DNA from: Hypanus sabinus
Taxonomy: Eukaryota
NCBI RefSeq assembly: GCF_030144855.1
Contig: NC_082715.1
Coordinates: forward strand, 80,538,001 to 80,602,000
Direction of reading: 5' to 3'
Length of the DNA stretch: 64,000 nucleotides
The notes beneath the pieces were generated by a model. That model worked only from the letters and a program-made list of their open reading frames with translations, searched no databases and had not been told where the DNA came from. Shown one piece after another: positions 37,919-52,612 of the stretch. A program made the translations under genes and the position numbers. Every line of letters begins with the position of its first letter. Position 1 is the first letter of the stretch.

Positions 37919-39168
37919 ATCTTCACCACCCAGGCTAAGCCCTCTTCTCATTACTACCATCGGGGAGGAGGTACAGAACATGAAGAGACACATTCAATGT
38001 TTTAGGAATAGCTTCTTCCCTTCGGCCATCAGATTTCTGGATTGTACCTCACTACTCTTTTGCACTATTTGCTTTTATTGTAGCTTATAATAATATTTAA
38101 TGTCTTGTAATGTATTGCTGCCCCAAATTTCACAATATATGTCAGTGATAATAAACCTGATTTTAATTAAAATGTGCAGGTATCTGGGTTGACACAGAAT
38201 CAATAATATCTTACAAAATTTTAAAAAACCTTTTTCGCGAGACAAATAACTGATTCTCAGCTGGTGATGAGGTAGCATACAGGAGTGAGGTAGTTCAGCT
38301 CATTGAGTGGTGTTTCAACAACAACCTTGCATTCAACCAGTAAGACCAAGGGATTGATTGTGGACTTCAGAAAGGGAAATCTCAATCTATCCTGCACCCA
38401 ACACTTTGATACAATCACAAATGCAGCATTTCCAACAGCTCTACTTCATTAGGAGTTTGAGGGAACTTGGTATGGCCTTAACACACTCAACAATTTAGGA
38501 ACTTCTTCCTCTCTGCCATCAGATTTCTGAATGATTAACACAATTGAATGGTTACTAAACTGATTCCACAATCAATGGACTCACTTTCAAAGATTCTGTA
38601 ACTCATGTTCTTGAAATTGTTTATGTATTTATTATTATGGTAATGTTTTCTCTTTTTGTCTCTACACAGTTGTCTTTTGCATATTAGTGTTTTATTCATC
38701 TTTGTTGTGTGTAGATTCTGTTATGTTTCTTGATATTTACTGTGATATACACACACACATATATACATACTCTTTGATAATAAATTTACTTTGAACAATT
38801 TATTTCATTGCATATTTCCATTAACATGAGATAAATAAATCTGAATCTAAACAAATTATAATATATTTTGCACCTTTTTTTGTAATTTTGTTATTAAGAA
38901 CATTTACAGAACTGTATGCTTGCTAAAAAGGGAATCAGCGTGCTATAAAAAAAGTTAAACGACTTTTTGATCAGAGCAAAGTTTTACATGCCACTTTCTT
39001 ATTGACTCCTATCCCTTCTTTTCCAGTACAGATGAAGGATCTCAACGTGAAATGTCGACTGTTTATTCCCAGTCTGCCAGATTTGCTGAGTTCCTCCAGC
39101 ATTTTGTGTGTTGTAAGTTTGGAGTCTCCGCATTCCAGTTGATTTTACAGGTTCATTTGCAGTGCCTT

Positions 39169-39182
39169 CCACTAGATGGCAC
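39169..39182 (+). promoter_or_regulatory. Candidate CTCF binding site CCACTAGATGGCAC
   Basis: Close match to the CTCF core consensus; motif evidence only. Confidence 0.45.
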
Positions 39183-42100
39183 CATTCAACTACCCATCTG
39201 TACAGTTTGCTCAGAAAACAATGAAAACGCGGAAAAATTCCATTAACATGAGATAAATAAATCTGAATCTAAACAAATTATAAATAATACATTTTGCACC
39301 TTTTTTGTAATTTTGTTATTAAGAACATTTACAGAATTGTATGCATGCTATTAGCGAGCTATACAGGTACACAATGTACTGGAAGAAAGCCTTGGACAAC
39401 TTAAAGTCTTTGGCTGGTAAAAGTCTAATACCACACAAGTTATTATCTCCAGCCTAATCTCTCGTCCTTGACATTTTTAAAAAAGATTTTCACAACCAAG
39501 TCTCTTAGACCTTCCTTCTGCCCTCTCGCCCTGCCAAATCAACATCGGGAAGTCAACACTGAGCAGAAACACAAATGGACGAGCTACATGACTACTGCAG
39601 TCAGAACTTGGAAAGGACAATACAGCACAGTACAAGCAATTTGGCCCACAATGTTGTGCCAACCCTTTAACCTACTTTAAAATCAATCTCGCACTTCTCT
39701 CCCAATCCCTCTGCAAGGCTTAAGTCAGAAACGAGATGAAAAATTATGTTCTCGCCAGAATACGCACGGCTGACACCTCGGGAACCTTGAACCATTCCAG
39801 GACAAATCAAATCTGTTTAATTGGCACCTTATCTGTAAATTCTCTCACTCCAACACTGTTGTTACAGTGAATACAAGAGTTAATGGAGACATTTTATAAT
39901 GGAGAACATTTTAGAGATCAGCGACTTCCTGTTTTCTCCTCCTGCATTTTTAAATTGCTTGAAAGCTCGCTCAGCTTGCTTTTGCAAATTCTAGTCCTGT
40001 CTGAAATGTGTTCCTTCAAACATTGGCTCTTTATCATTCCAAGATCTTATCACATCATTAGCAGTTGTGCCTTTACTTGCCAAGACAGTAATCTCTGGAA
40101 TTCCCTTAAAGTTGTCTTTTCCCTTAAATAGTCATTAAACCTCTCTCTTTGCTCTAACATTTATTCCTATCTGCTTTATTATCCCTTGCAGGGACAATAG
40201 ATGAATGTGTGTTAGATTTTGCTAGCATCCCTTACAGCTGTTTATACATGAAATTAATTGCTGGCTACCCTTTCCAGCACATATAAATGAACAAATAAAT
40301 CAGGATGACTAGGACACTCGGCCCCTCCGATCTACCCCGCCATTCAATTAGATCCTAGTTCATCAAAATGTAGCCTTAATTCTGCATTCCTGTCTACTTT
40401 CAATATCTTTTATTCTTTCTCATAAATTCTAACTCTGCTTTAAGATATTCTGCTTCTTCCACTCTTATTAACAGTTCCAAAAACTCACTACCCTCTGAAG
40501 GAAAAGACTACTTCATTGCGGTCTTTAAGAGGGCAGTCTCTTATTCTTCTGTGACGAGTAATTCTAAAGTAACAAGCACAAAATGCTGGAGCGACTCTGG
40601 TCAGGCAGCATCTAAAGAGTCAATGTTTCGAGACGGGACTGTTCATCGGACTTCTTCATTTCCTCCGGCATTGTGTATGTTACCCTGGGCTTCCACCATC
40701 TGCAGAGTGTTTATGATGTACCATTAATCCTAGATTTCCCCACAAGAGGAAATGTCCTGTCCACATCCACCCTGTTGAGATCCATCAAAACAGGAACACA
40801 AACAGGAAGACACAACACAGAAAAACAGGAAAACACCAGCCCCCCCCCAAAAAAAAAACATTTGAAATATGCTAAAATTAAGCTATACTGTATTTTCTAA
40901 AATCAGAAAGCATCACTATTCGATAGTAAAAATAAGCAAAACTGCAAGATTTTCACTGTACAAAAAAGTCACACCCTGCTCTAAAAATGATGATTCTTGG
41001 GATTAGGCTGGGTTTACCTTTTTTAAAAAAAATCGAGAACATCAACTTCTAGCTAATCACCAGTTCCGGCTCTCAGATTATTTCCCGTCAGTACCTGCCT
41101 AAACCAAGGTCGACCATTAGATTTAAACAAAGAACTGGAACATTCAGAGAATAAACCCACCAAACCCAGTTCCAATCAATTAATTTGCTCCTGGTTGCTT
41201 AGAAAATGGAAGCCATTTGGTTCATCAGGTCCATTCCGGCTACCAACAGTATAATCCCGTTAGTCTCATTCCTCTTCACCTTGTTTCCTTATGAGAGAGT
41301 AAAAGCTGCAGGGCTTTATGTCCATTTACATCCTTTGGACCTTTCTTTGCGGCAGCATGGTAATATAGTGGTTAGCACGCTTTACCACACCATTTGTAAG
41401 ATCAGAGTTCGACTCTTGCCTTGTAAGGCATTTGTATGTTCTCCCCCATGACCGTACGAGTTTCCTCCCACAGTCCAATGATGCACAAGTTAGAGTTAGT
41501 TATGTTAAAGCCCAAATTGTGGCAGCAGTTGCACAATCCTTGCTGATTTGACACAAACGACACAGTTCACTGTATGTTTACATGTACATGTTACCAATAA
41601 AGCTTATCTCTTCTTCCCCACCTCCAACCTTCTCCAAGGAGGAATTTACAGTAGCCAATTAACCATCAGCACATTTTGAGAAAGAGGAAAAACCAGAGCA
41701 ACTAGCATAAACTTTTACATCACAGAGAGAAGATGCAATTTCTACATAGATAGCATCCAAGGACAGGATTGAATTTGGGTTGCTGGAGACATGAGGTAGC
41801 ACCTCTAACTATGGTTCCATTCCAAGCCATCCTATGATGATACGGCAGAATAACAAATGATTTGTACTCATTATTTCTCTATTTACATAACAGTGCATGA
41901 AGTTGTGCATGGCAGTATGGTAGCTATCATAATGCTTTACAGAACCCATGATCCGGGATCATTTCCCACTACTTCTGTAGGGAGCTTGTACATGGGTTTC
42001 CACTGGATGCTCGAGTTTCCTCTTACCACGTTCCAAGACGTACAGGTTAGTAAGTTGCGTGCATACTGGGTTGGCACCAGAAGCAAGGCGACACTTACAA

Positions 42101-42854
42101 ACTGACCCCTGCAGATCCTTAGATTGTATTGGATGTTGATGCAAAGTGACACGTTTCACATGCTGTGATGTATAGTACATGTGACAAATTCATGAACAGT
42201 ACATCATTGAATAGTCTTGCTCACAATACATTGAATGATTTTATATCAAGATAGGGAGGAAACAAACTGAGGCTGTTGTTGATTACAATAAACAGACTTG
42301 AGGAAAGCTTTGTAGATTGAGCAGTTAGATGTAAAGGACAAGATGCAAACACAGACAAGTGAGAAATAATCAATTAGTAGACAAGTTACACGAGAGGTTT
42401 CAAGGTGTCTTTTAAAATGAGTCGGTGTGCCTCCCACCCACCCTCAGGAATGCAAAGGTTTCTTTCCATAGTCCAAAGACTTAATAGGTTATTGTAAATT
42501 GTCCTGTGATTAAGGTAGAGTTAAATCAGGGGTTGCTGGTGGTGTGGCTCAAAGGTCTAAATGGGTCTATTCCACACTACATCTCTACATAAAAACTGGA
42601 TATTGATGAGATGAGAAAGTGGGCAGAAATGTGGTAGATTAAATACAATGTGGAGAAATATAAGATCATTCAATTAAGTGTGCAAACCAAAGTTTTATTT
42701 AAAATTTTGATATACTGGGAAATGTTGGTGTGAAGGTATGAGAGCATCCTTCTGTCCACTGAAAGTTAACATGCAGGTGAAGCATTCAAGTATGGAGTAA
42801 ATATGTCATACTGCAAATACCTAACCTTTACTGTGATCCCTGGTTTTAGACGCC

Positions 42855-43026
42855 AACACAAGAGATTCTGCAGATGCTGGAAATCTGGAGTATCACACAC
42901 TTAATGCTGGAGGAATTAAACAGGCCAGGCAGGGTCTATAGAAAAGCCCAAGATGTCAACTATTTATTCCTTTCCATAGACACTGCTTGATGTGCTGAGT
43001 TCCTCCAGCATTTTTTGTGTGTTACT
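42855..43026. mobile_element. Fold-back PLE terminal-repeat derivative
   Basis: aatgctggaggaa ... ttcctccagcatt inverted arms. Confidence 0.7.
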
Positions 43027-43139
43027 ATTATCTCCAAATTGAATCACATCTCCCTCATGCCTCCACTACTATTGTTTCATCCACAGCAAACCCCTTGTAA
43101 AAATATGCAAAAAATCCACATATGCAAAACAATTTAACC

Positions 43140-45423
43140 AAAAACATGTCTGTTACCAGTTTAGGTTTATTATCCTTTAGAAAAAACATCCATGGTTTCT
43201 GTATTTGGTCACTGCATCTTTAAAAGTGAGGTTTAAAAAAAAAATCACAGTATAGGTTTAAAATGTGAAATACACAATATTTGTGCCTTCAACAATAGGC
43301 TAGGCATCAAGGGTTGCTATTTTTCTTTGCTAATAAATTTAATGATGCGAAGTGTTTTCTTCCCAGCTTTGAACCTATTACAATGCATGCAGATTAGTCT
43401 CACATAACCACAACCACTCCAAAGCAATCAAGAGCTAACATTTGAAATATACAAGTGCAAATGGACAAGAAGCATGTTTTAAATTGAATGTCCCAGCTGC
43501 ATAAAAATCCTGCTTTCACTGGACACATTCAGTATAGTAAACTGGAAGACTTGTTGATTTTGCAGTTCATTTAAATAACAAATACAACAGCTGAAATCTT
43601 AAAATTGCACTAAGAACTTAAATGTTAATGGGTAGGAGGCAAGAACAAATGATAGATCATAAGTGTCATTGTCTTTTTTGAAAACATTCTAGTGGTCAGT
43701 GTGATAAAGTGATGTTAAATCCCTTGCAATGTTCAAGGAAAACAAGTTGCTCTCAAAAGGCCATGCACAAGTACCTAGTCTGAAAACTTAATATAGATAG
43801 TCAGCACTTGAAATGCAAGTCCAAAAAAAATCAAAAGTGCTGTGCAAAAGTTATTGAACTGGATTTTCTATCCTCTTAAAGTGTCCTAAACAAAACTTTT
43901 AATATAATTCTGCACCAACTTCATAAATTAGAAATAGTAAAAAAGCTGAATTAATAATTTCAAACACCAAACCTCAAGATACAAAATGACTTGTTATAAA
44001 AACAGCTTTGCAAACCATGAAAGAAACTGCATTTTCAATATAGGGCTCTGTATAGTTAATCAAGTTCACTAAGTGAAGTAGCCCTAGCTGCATGTTTGTC
44101 TTCCATATATAATAAAACAAGTTAAATTTGGTATAAAAACTCTTAATCTCATTAATTAAATTTGTATACTCTTGCTGGGCTTTGATTGTTGTTATTTTAA
44201 AAACCCTAGAGTACCTTAGCAATAGAAGTTTAGAAAAATAAAGTAAATGAAAATAATTATGATTTGATGGAAGAGGTTGGTTCTGATGACAATTCCAGCA
44301 GCACTGTGTTTAACTGTAGGGATTTGGTTCTCTCCTATTTTACACAGAAAACATTTTATTCTGCAGCAAAACATTGCTGTTTTAATAAGTTCAGATAATC
44401 CTATAATCAACTCATTCTTACAACCACCTCAGGGCTAACCTAATTATTCTGTTATTATTCACTAGCAGTTATGCAAATATTTTATTATATCTTTGTAATA
44501 ATTAATATTAAATCATTATTTCTAAACAATTCCCAGGAACTCTTTCACACCAGCTTTATACTTTCCAGCTTGCCAACAAGTTATTTTGCAGTGTGTGTGT
44601 GTTTTGGATCACAAGACCAGGTTAAAAAAACATTTTTTTTCTGGATTAGTGCAGAACAAGAGCACAAAGTTAAATGTAACAAAAGAAAATTATCAGTGTG
44701 ATTCATTCCTACTTCATGTTTACATAAATACACTCCAAATTTACTGCCAAGCTTAATCACTTTCCAGTTTACTGTAATCCAAAACCACTATCTCTCAGCA
44801 AACAGCAAGGGCAGGACAGTCTGACATGCAAAACTGGATTTTATTTACACATGGCAGGGAGTGGACTTCCATTCCAATACAAAACGACTAGAATGATTAG
44901 TTTAATTCTTTTGTGACTATAATCTTGTAATTATTTTAAGAAAAAGTTCTCAGCCCTTAATATGGTAATCACAGTGTTTATATTGTTCAGGCCTACAAAC
45001 TCATTTGCTCAGCTTGAAAATTAAACCTGCCATTTTGATTTCTCAAAGACCACCAACAGCAGCCCAACTCTAGTGCTTCAGCATCTAGAAAAAAAAAGCC
45101 TGGCCCCAACAATAAACTTAAATCCCTGCTTTGGCATTAGCCAAAAACAAATAAATAGTATTTAGCTCAAAGCAATTTGCTCTTTTTGAGTAAAAGACAG
45201 TTAAGTACCAATCTTATCAAATGATCTTTACATGAATGTGTACAATGCTGCCAACTAACACTGCTTAACTTGGCTAATGAAATCTTGTTACTAAAACTTT
45301 CTTTCCATTCTATCTTCTCTCCAGATTAGATTGAGGGCCCCTCCCCCACACTTAAACTTGTTTCCAAAATCTACAATGGTATTTGGTTAGAAACAGTGTG
45401 AAGGCCAAAACTGCAGAACATCT
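43140..45423 (-). other. FAM89A: Probable FAM89A 3' UTR
   Basis: About 2.3 kb of AT-rich sequence with no recognisable transposons after the stop codon. AATAAA on the minus strand at 44355-44360 and 43166-43171. The true end is uncertain. Confidence 0.55.
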
Positions 45424-45687
45424 CTATATGGTAATGTGAAAGGAATCCTGCATCCACTGGTCTCGGGAATTGAGAGTTTTAGGCACTGCGAGATTTGTCT
45501 CCAAGTTGTCAGCTTTCCCATTTTCCACACTTTCCTGGAAATATTCTTCCTCTTCATCGAAGTATCCATTTTCCAGTCCATAGGAGCAATCAGAATTTGC
45601 TGCAGCTGTTCCTTTATATTCCTGAATGGATTCATAAAGAGACCACAGCTGGCAGAGCAATGACATATCCAACTGGCGCAGACCAAC
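45424..45687 (-). CDS. FAM89A: FAM89A exon 2 (VGLRQLDMSLLCQLWSLYESIQEYKG...RDQWMQDSFHITI*)
   Basis: CAG acceptor; C-terminus QDSFHI typical of FAM89A; adjacent to TRIM67 as in human; total 173 aa. Confidence 0.95.
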   Translation of the reverse strand, partial: VGLRQLDMSLLCQLWSLYESIQEYKGTAAANSDCSYGLENGYFDEEEEYFQESVENGKADNLETNLAVPKTLNSRDQWMQDSFHITI

Positions 45688-46946
45688 CTGTTATATTAAA
45701 AAAAGGAGATAGAATTTAAGTGATTTATACATCTTTCACTTAGCTCAATCGTGACACATTAAAACAAACTCAAATGAATGCACGCACAGGAAGTTTACTG
45801 GGAGGAGAAATAGATCAAATAAATAAATCAAATAAATTGTGCTCTTGCAACTAGTCACCACTTTTCACAAAGATGCAGGGATTGGGGTGGGAGGAGCAAG
45901 AAAGGGGGTAGTTGGAAAAAAGACAAAATTCCGCAGCTTTCTACCACAACTGAAGAACAAGCTTGGAAAGTGTAAACAACTGGTCCAGACAAGATTGAGC
46001 CCTAAGATTTTTTTCTAGACACCCAGCTTTTTCCAGAGATCCTGAAGGCAAAAGCTTCTACTGCCTTTAAACGAATCCCACCAGCTCTCTCCATATTGTG
46101 CATCAGAAGGAGCAAACCTGGACCATGAAACTTCCTGTTTCCCTAGGGATCTGCCAGAACATACTATAGACTTGGTCCAATAATCGTTCCAGACAAACAT
46201 ACCATCTTGCTGGCAAATACCTGTGGAATCACAAAGAAAAATTCCATCTGTGATTGCTAGTCTTTTTTACATAACAAATAACTGGAAAGGGGCAAAGATT
46301 GATAGACTTAAATCAATTCCTTCTCCTTCCTTAAATTTTATTTCTACAAATCTGTTCCAAGCTTTCATTGCAAACTTTTATCCATCCTGCCATCTTGTCC
46401 CAAATTCCCTCAAAAGCTTCTGTGCCTCACTCTCTTCCTTAAAACCCAAGTTCACCACCAAGCTTCAAACCCAGTAACAGGCACCAACATCTTCCAAACC
46501 TTAGTTTTCTTTGTGACTATCAATGACCTTGGGCCATTTCCCCTCACAAACCTTTTCAAAAATTGCAGAAACTGCATAAAGGCAATCTGGGCCCAAATTA
46601 ACCCATCAGAAAAAAAAGTTACAGGACAGCAGAGCACCATTGGGTAGTTATTAAATGCAAGACAGCAACGGTGTGAAAAATTCATTCTAAGGTGCTTATG
46701 TGCACATTATTTAGTCATCTAACAAACTTACAGGAACAATGATTAAAATTAAGATCAGAAGTATTAAAATATATTTAATATATAAAGGGAATGTAGATCA
46801 AGATGAAGAAATATACCTTTAATAGTCTAGAAAATGAGATCTTACAAGAAAAGTATAAACATGGTTATCAGCATTTTGTGATCATGAAATTGGGAAAACA
46901 GACTACAGAGGACCTTAAATAAAATTAGCATAAGATTTCAAAAAGC

Positions 46947-47135
46947 AAACACAAGGAAATCTGCAGATGCTGGAAATTCAAGCAACAGACACAAAATGCT
47001 GGTGGAACAAAGAAGGCCAGGCAGCATCTATAGGATGAAGCACCGTCAACGTTTCAGGCCGAGACCCTTCGTCAGGACTCTGATGAAGATGCTGCCTGGC
47101 CTGCTGTGTTCCACCAGAATTTTGTGTGTGTTGCC
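46947..47135. mobile_element. Fold-back PLE terminal-repeat derivative
   Basis: 46982-47029 is the inverted complement of about 47087-47135, flanking the hammerhead motif. Confidence 0.75.
47045..47078 (-). ncRNA. Minimal type I hammerhead ribozyme motif in a PLE terminal repeat
   Basis: Minus strand reads GUC CUGACGA AGG-gucucgg-CCU GAAAC GUU GAC: stem I, intact CUGANGA box, stem II, GAAA, palindromic stem III (AACGUU), GUH cleavage triplet. Activity and transcription not shown. Confidence 0.7.
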
Positions 47136-47523
47136 AGCTGCATTTGTACAATAGCACAGTGGTACTATTGATCTAAGGAAATGACTTAATTCTTTGAGGA
47201 AAAGAGTAGTAGAACTCAAGCAATCAGCAAGCTTCTTGAGATAAGGAATATCAGTCACAGAGATAAAGGCCCTGATCATATTATATATTGATCTCCAATA
47301 ACTGAACAAACTGCAAGATAAGAGACTGGATGAAGTAATGCCTTCACTGAAGGTCTGTGACAGTTTATTTATTATGAAGTTTTAATGGCACTAGATCTCA
47401 ACTCAGCCATTCAGGTTGCTCAAATTACTAGAACTGTGCAAAATATAAATACACATCTATGCTTAAAAACTATTCTTACATTAAGCCCAGTGTTGCAAAA
47501 TGAAGTACAACCACACTAATTAT

Positions 47524-47821
47524 GTGTGGCGCGTGGCCAAGTGGTTAAGATGTTGGACTAGCGATCTGAAGGCCGTGAATTAGAGCTCCAGCCGAGCCAG
47601 CATGTTGTGTCCTTGAGCAAAACACTTAACCACACATTGCTCCAGTCCACCCAGCTGAAAATAAGTACCGCTAAAATGCTGGGGGTTAACCTCGCGATAG
47701 GCTGGCGTCCTATCCGTGGGAGGGGGAACTCTCGTACTCTCAGTCGCTTCACGCCATGGAAACCGCCATAAGCACCAGCCTGATGAGCCTACAAGGCTCG
47801 GGACAGACTTTAACTTAACTA
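47524..47821 (+). mobile_element. tRNA-headed SINE with MetaSINE-like central domain
   Basis: A box tggccaagtggttaag, tRNA-like head, gtgtccttgagcaa..acttaacc, gggggttaacctcgcgat..gcgtcctatcc core, stem-loop tail and (ttaac)n end. Family assignment is from recall. Confidence 0.7.
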
Positions 47822-49939
47822 CACCAAATGTGAAGTAACCAGCATACCATTGATATCATACCTACTGCATATGCAAGGATTTAAGTTCAACTGAATACTA
47901 TAAATATTATTCAGTTGAGAATGCAAGGAGCCAAGATATTTAATGCAGAAGTAATTGTAGAACCAGAGCAAGAAAGAAACTTGAATATTATTTGAAATGA
48001 AACAAAGGAGACAAAATGATCTGGGTTGGGATCTAGCAGCAACAAGACATTTAGGAGAAATTCAGTTACATCAAAAACAAGGCAATGACTTGAGGGGAAA
48101 GTTCTTTTTAAAAACAGGCGGTTCATATACGAAATATACCACACAAAGAGTTGATGAAGTCAAATACCATCACTACATTCAAGAATCATTTAGACAGACA
48201 CTTAAATAGGCAAGTCCTAAAAAGATACAGATAAATGGGCTAAGTGCTAGATGGGCAATTAAGTCAGTATGGACATGTTGGGCTAGGGAGCTGTACAGCA
48301 CAGAAACACCATCTAGGGCCATTTGTTAATTCCGAGCAGAATCAGCCTCAAAGAAATATCAATAACTGACAGGTTTAAAACTGTTGACATTCTGGACCGA
48401 GACCCAATGAAGAGTGTCAGTCCAAAATAGCAACTGTTTATTTCCCTCCATAGATGCTGGCTGACTTGCTAAGTTCTTCCAGCATTTGCTGTGTTACCAT
48501 AAATCCAAATCACAGTTCAGCCATTAACTCGTCAATGAGACGAGTTTAAGGAGTACTGACCCTACACCTGCTTCTATGATCTTAATTGCAATTAAAATTA
48601 ACTTTGATAAACAAACAGGAGAATTTCCCAAATAGGTGTTTGGAAACAGTTGGGAAAAATCAGACCAAGGAAAATCATATTCAAAAGATTGAGCAAAAGC
48701 TACAAAGAAAAAGTAGAGAGCCTTTTCACAGAAATTCAAGGAGCAGGACGGAAGGGAAAGGCTTCATCCTGAAAAGTGAAATTGGTGATAGAGAAATTAA
48801 CACAAGAATTAAACATTCCCAAAGAGAGAATCTAAAGAGCAGTAAACAATTTAATCTGTTGAGAGACAGGAAAAATGGCAGCAATTAAGCAGCTAACAAG
48901 GGCGAGTCTTCTCTCCATAGTAACAGAAGCAGTAGTTTGTCCAAGGCATTATGTTCCATGTTATTTTAAACATTAGGTCATATTGTGGCTTCAAGCCATA
49001 TTTCTAGTCCTTGGGAAACATGTTTGTAAAGAGCTCAAATGGAAATAGAAACCAGTGATCCATGTACTTCTGTGTATCAATGGGAACGAGCTCACTGATA
49101 CTGGACAAAACATCCATTTTGGGATGAAAACAGGGAAAGGAGGATAGAAACCAACTGATGCGGATGCCCAGCAGTGGCCAGTCAAGAGTTATTATACCAC
49201 CTACGAGTGTGAAGTGTTTGCAATTTAACTTAAAGGAAAACCAATCTATGAATGCTAAAGTATATAACAAGGTTAAACTTTTTCCAGGCTTTAATACTGA
49301 GTATTTTGAGAATTGAACCTAGTCTAGGATGCAAGAGAGGGTATGCAGAGAATGATAAGACAGAAATGTCAGATTTTTTCCTTGTTTAATTAGCCTTGGG
49401 GTTTGTTTCTTCCAACAAGATAAACATTGTGCCAAGAATTTGGACCTGTTAAAACATCTGGAATACATTAGGTGAACTGATTTTTTAAAAATTTGAATGC
49501 CTTTTGGTATTTGTATACAGGTAGTGTGTGTGTTACACAAGGATTACTTTTTTTAAGAATTGTCTGGAAACTGATTTTCCACAAGTCAGAAACTAGCTAA
49601 TTGGTGTATTTATTTATTGTCTTCACTTGTATGAAACTCTATGTTTGTGATTGGATGATAACTGCACTCCAAAACAAACACTTAGTTCCCAGCAGTTAAC
49701 CTTCAGCATTACCTGTGATACAACTCACCCAGAGACAATTAAACCAAATTCAGGTTTGATATGAAAAACTGTCTTAACAGCAAACGTTTCTATTTCTTCC
49801 ACACAGAATGTACATCAGCCATGAAATGATGCATCTGTACGTTGTGCTCCACCCAAAGGGAAATTTAACTTGCTGGTTCATAACAGCGTGCTCTGATACT
49901 GAACAACTCCAAGTGCCACAATGAAACCACTCAATGTCC

Positions 49940-50760
<821 letters not shown>

Positions 50761-52289
50761 GTATAGGGCTAAAATGGTTCAGAGCCGCCAAGGACATGTG
50801 TAGTGTGAGTTCTACGGGAAGATGATGATAAATATATTTTATGGTGTATGTAGCGGCCAAAGTGCTTATTCTGGGCCCAGAGCTTGAGCAATGAACATAA
50901 GCACCTGATATTTTCCCATTATTAAAACCTTGACTACTAAAATGTATATGTCCTCCCTTTCTTCCAAGGTTAATGTTCGCTGAGCTGGAATATTCAGTTA
51001 ATTCTGGGCACTACACTTTTTATTTTGACAGAGTAGCATCTCTTTCATTCTGCAGTAGGATGATCAGTTCAGCTTCAAGCGCTCAAGTGTCTGAAATGTA
51101 TCTTGAATCCAAGAGCTTCTGACTCAGACGAGGCTGCTATACGTCGACCGTGGGTGGCACAGTGAAATCATCTTCCACACATCTATCCTTTAAAAAAACT
51201 AAGTTCTTCAATAAGGACGTACCCCTTAGCCGTTCTTTAGAGAATAGTGATAAGCTCGTAAACTAGGGATTCCCAACCGTTTTATGCCATGAATCCCTAC
51301 CACTAAAGGATCCCCGGCTGTAAAGCCTTTCCTGGTGGCGATGTGAACATATGTTTTATGTTTCTCCGCCCATGTCAAACCCCCCTCCCCCTCACAAAAC
51401 GGAACAAGAACATCGATCACCAAAAACAACCCATCCCCCACTCAAAAGCACCTCGGCATCTCTAGGAAAGAATCGCATTTCATATCCGTGTTTTATTTCC
51501 TGGTGTGTAGGAGAATCAATGGGATATACTAGAGACACATGGACGTCTCTCTAAAACTTTCACTATTTTCAGATAATCTGTTGATTTTATGTATCAAAAT
51601 TACATTGAGATATTTTAAATTGAAATAGCTTTTCTTTTTTTTGACAATTTGACTGTTTGGAGAGATGTACCGTGCTCGGATTAAATTACGTAATTTGCTA
51701 CAAACGTCCTGGGCACAATGTTAATTACAAAAAACAGATTTTCTCGTAAACGTTCTAAGTTTGTAAACTGCTGGAATAGCGCCGCCCAAGTTTTTGATCT
51801 CCTCTTTCTGATGAAGACATTGCCCAGCTGAGAACGGTGCAAAACTAAATAAAGAATCGTCACAGTAACCATTTCTGTAATGTCAGCAAACAAAAGTCTT
51901 CATTAATCCTCGTCGAGCCTAGATGAGCATGGTACCAAGCAGGAATCAGAACCAGACGCAAAGTAAGGAGTTCTTTAGCTGACTGGATATAATCCTGTCC
52001 AATTTTTTAATCAATCTAAATTTTACTCATAGTAAAAAATATTTACAAGAATAAGCCGTGCAGATCCCTTACAACTCATAGCCAATGCTTTCCGCACTGT
52101 TCTATTATATTCCTAAACGTCAATAACACTGCAGCAATCATGCGGCCCCTCTCTCAGAATTACCCATGATTCTCAGTATTAGTTGATTTTTTCGAGTGGT
52201 GGTTCCCTTAGTAAATTTTCTAGAACCACTATCACCTTACCTCACATATAACTTTCTATGGGATGCGGATATAAACACAAATCATCCAA

Positions 52290-52612
52290 AACAAGTTACT
52301 AATCCCAATAATTATCCATGTGGGAACGAAGAAGTTCTACAGAGAACGAAAACAAGACGTACATGACTTTTAAAAAATCTGAAAACAGCTGTCAAAATTC
52401 TTTGGACAATCATGCGAAGAGAGACATTAGAACATTTAGTTACAACTGGAAAGCTGGAAGGAAAAAGAAGCAGAGGCTGACAAAGAATGAAAATGATAGA
52501 TGGATTAACATCATGGTTAGAAACAGGGGAGGCAACAACTACAATTCGGAGGGTCAGGGACCGTGATGGATGAAGAGACATGATCGCCCACGCCGAACGG
52601 CAAGGCGCCTGA
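52290..52612 (+). mobile_element. RTE-clade LINE 3' fragment
   Basis: Broken frames read IMRRETLEHLVTTGKLEGKRSRG*QR ... DMIAHAERQGA*. Confidence 0.7.

Noticed and set aside
47527-47600. tRNA gene
   Set aside because: B box is degenerate and the sequence continues into a SINE body and tail.
47755-47805. Hammerhead-like GAAAC ... CTGATGA in the SINE tail
   Set aside because: No GAAA follows the gagcc-tacaa-ggctc stem, and stems I/III cannot be formed in the permuted order.
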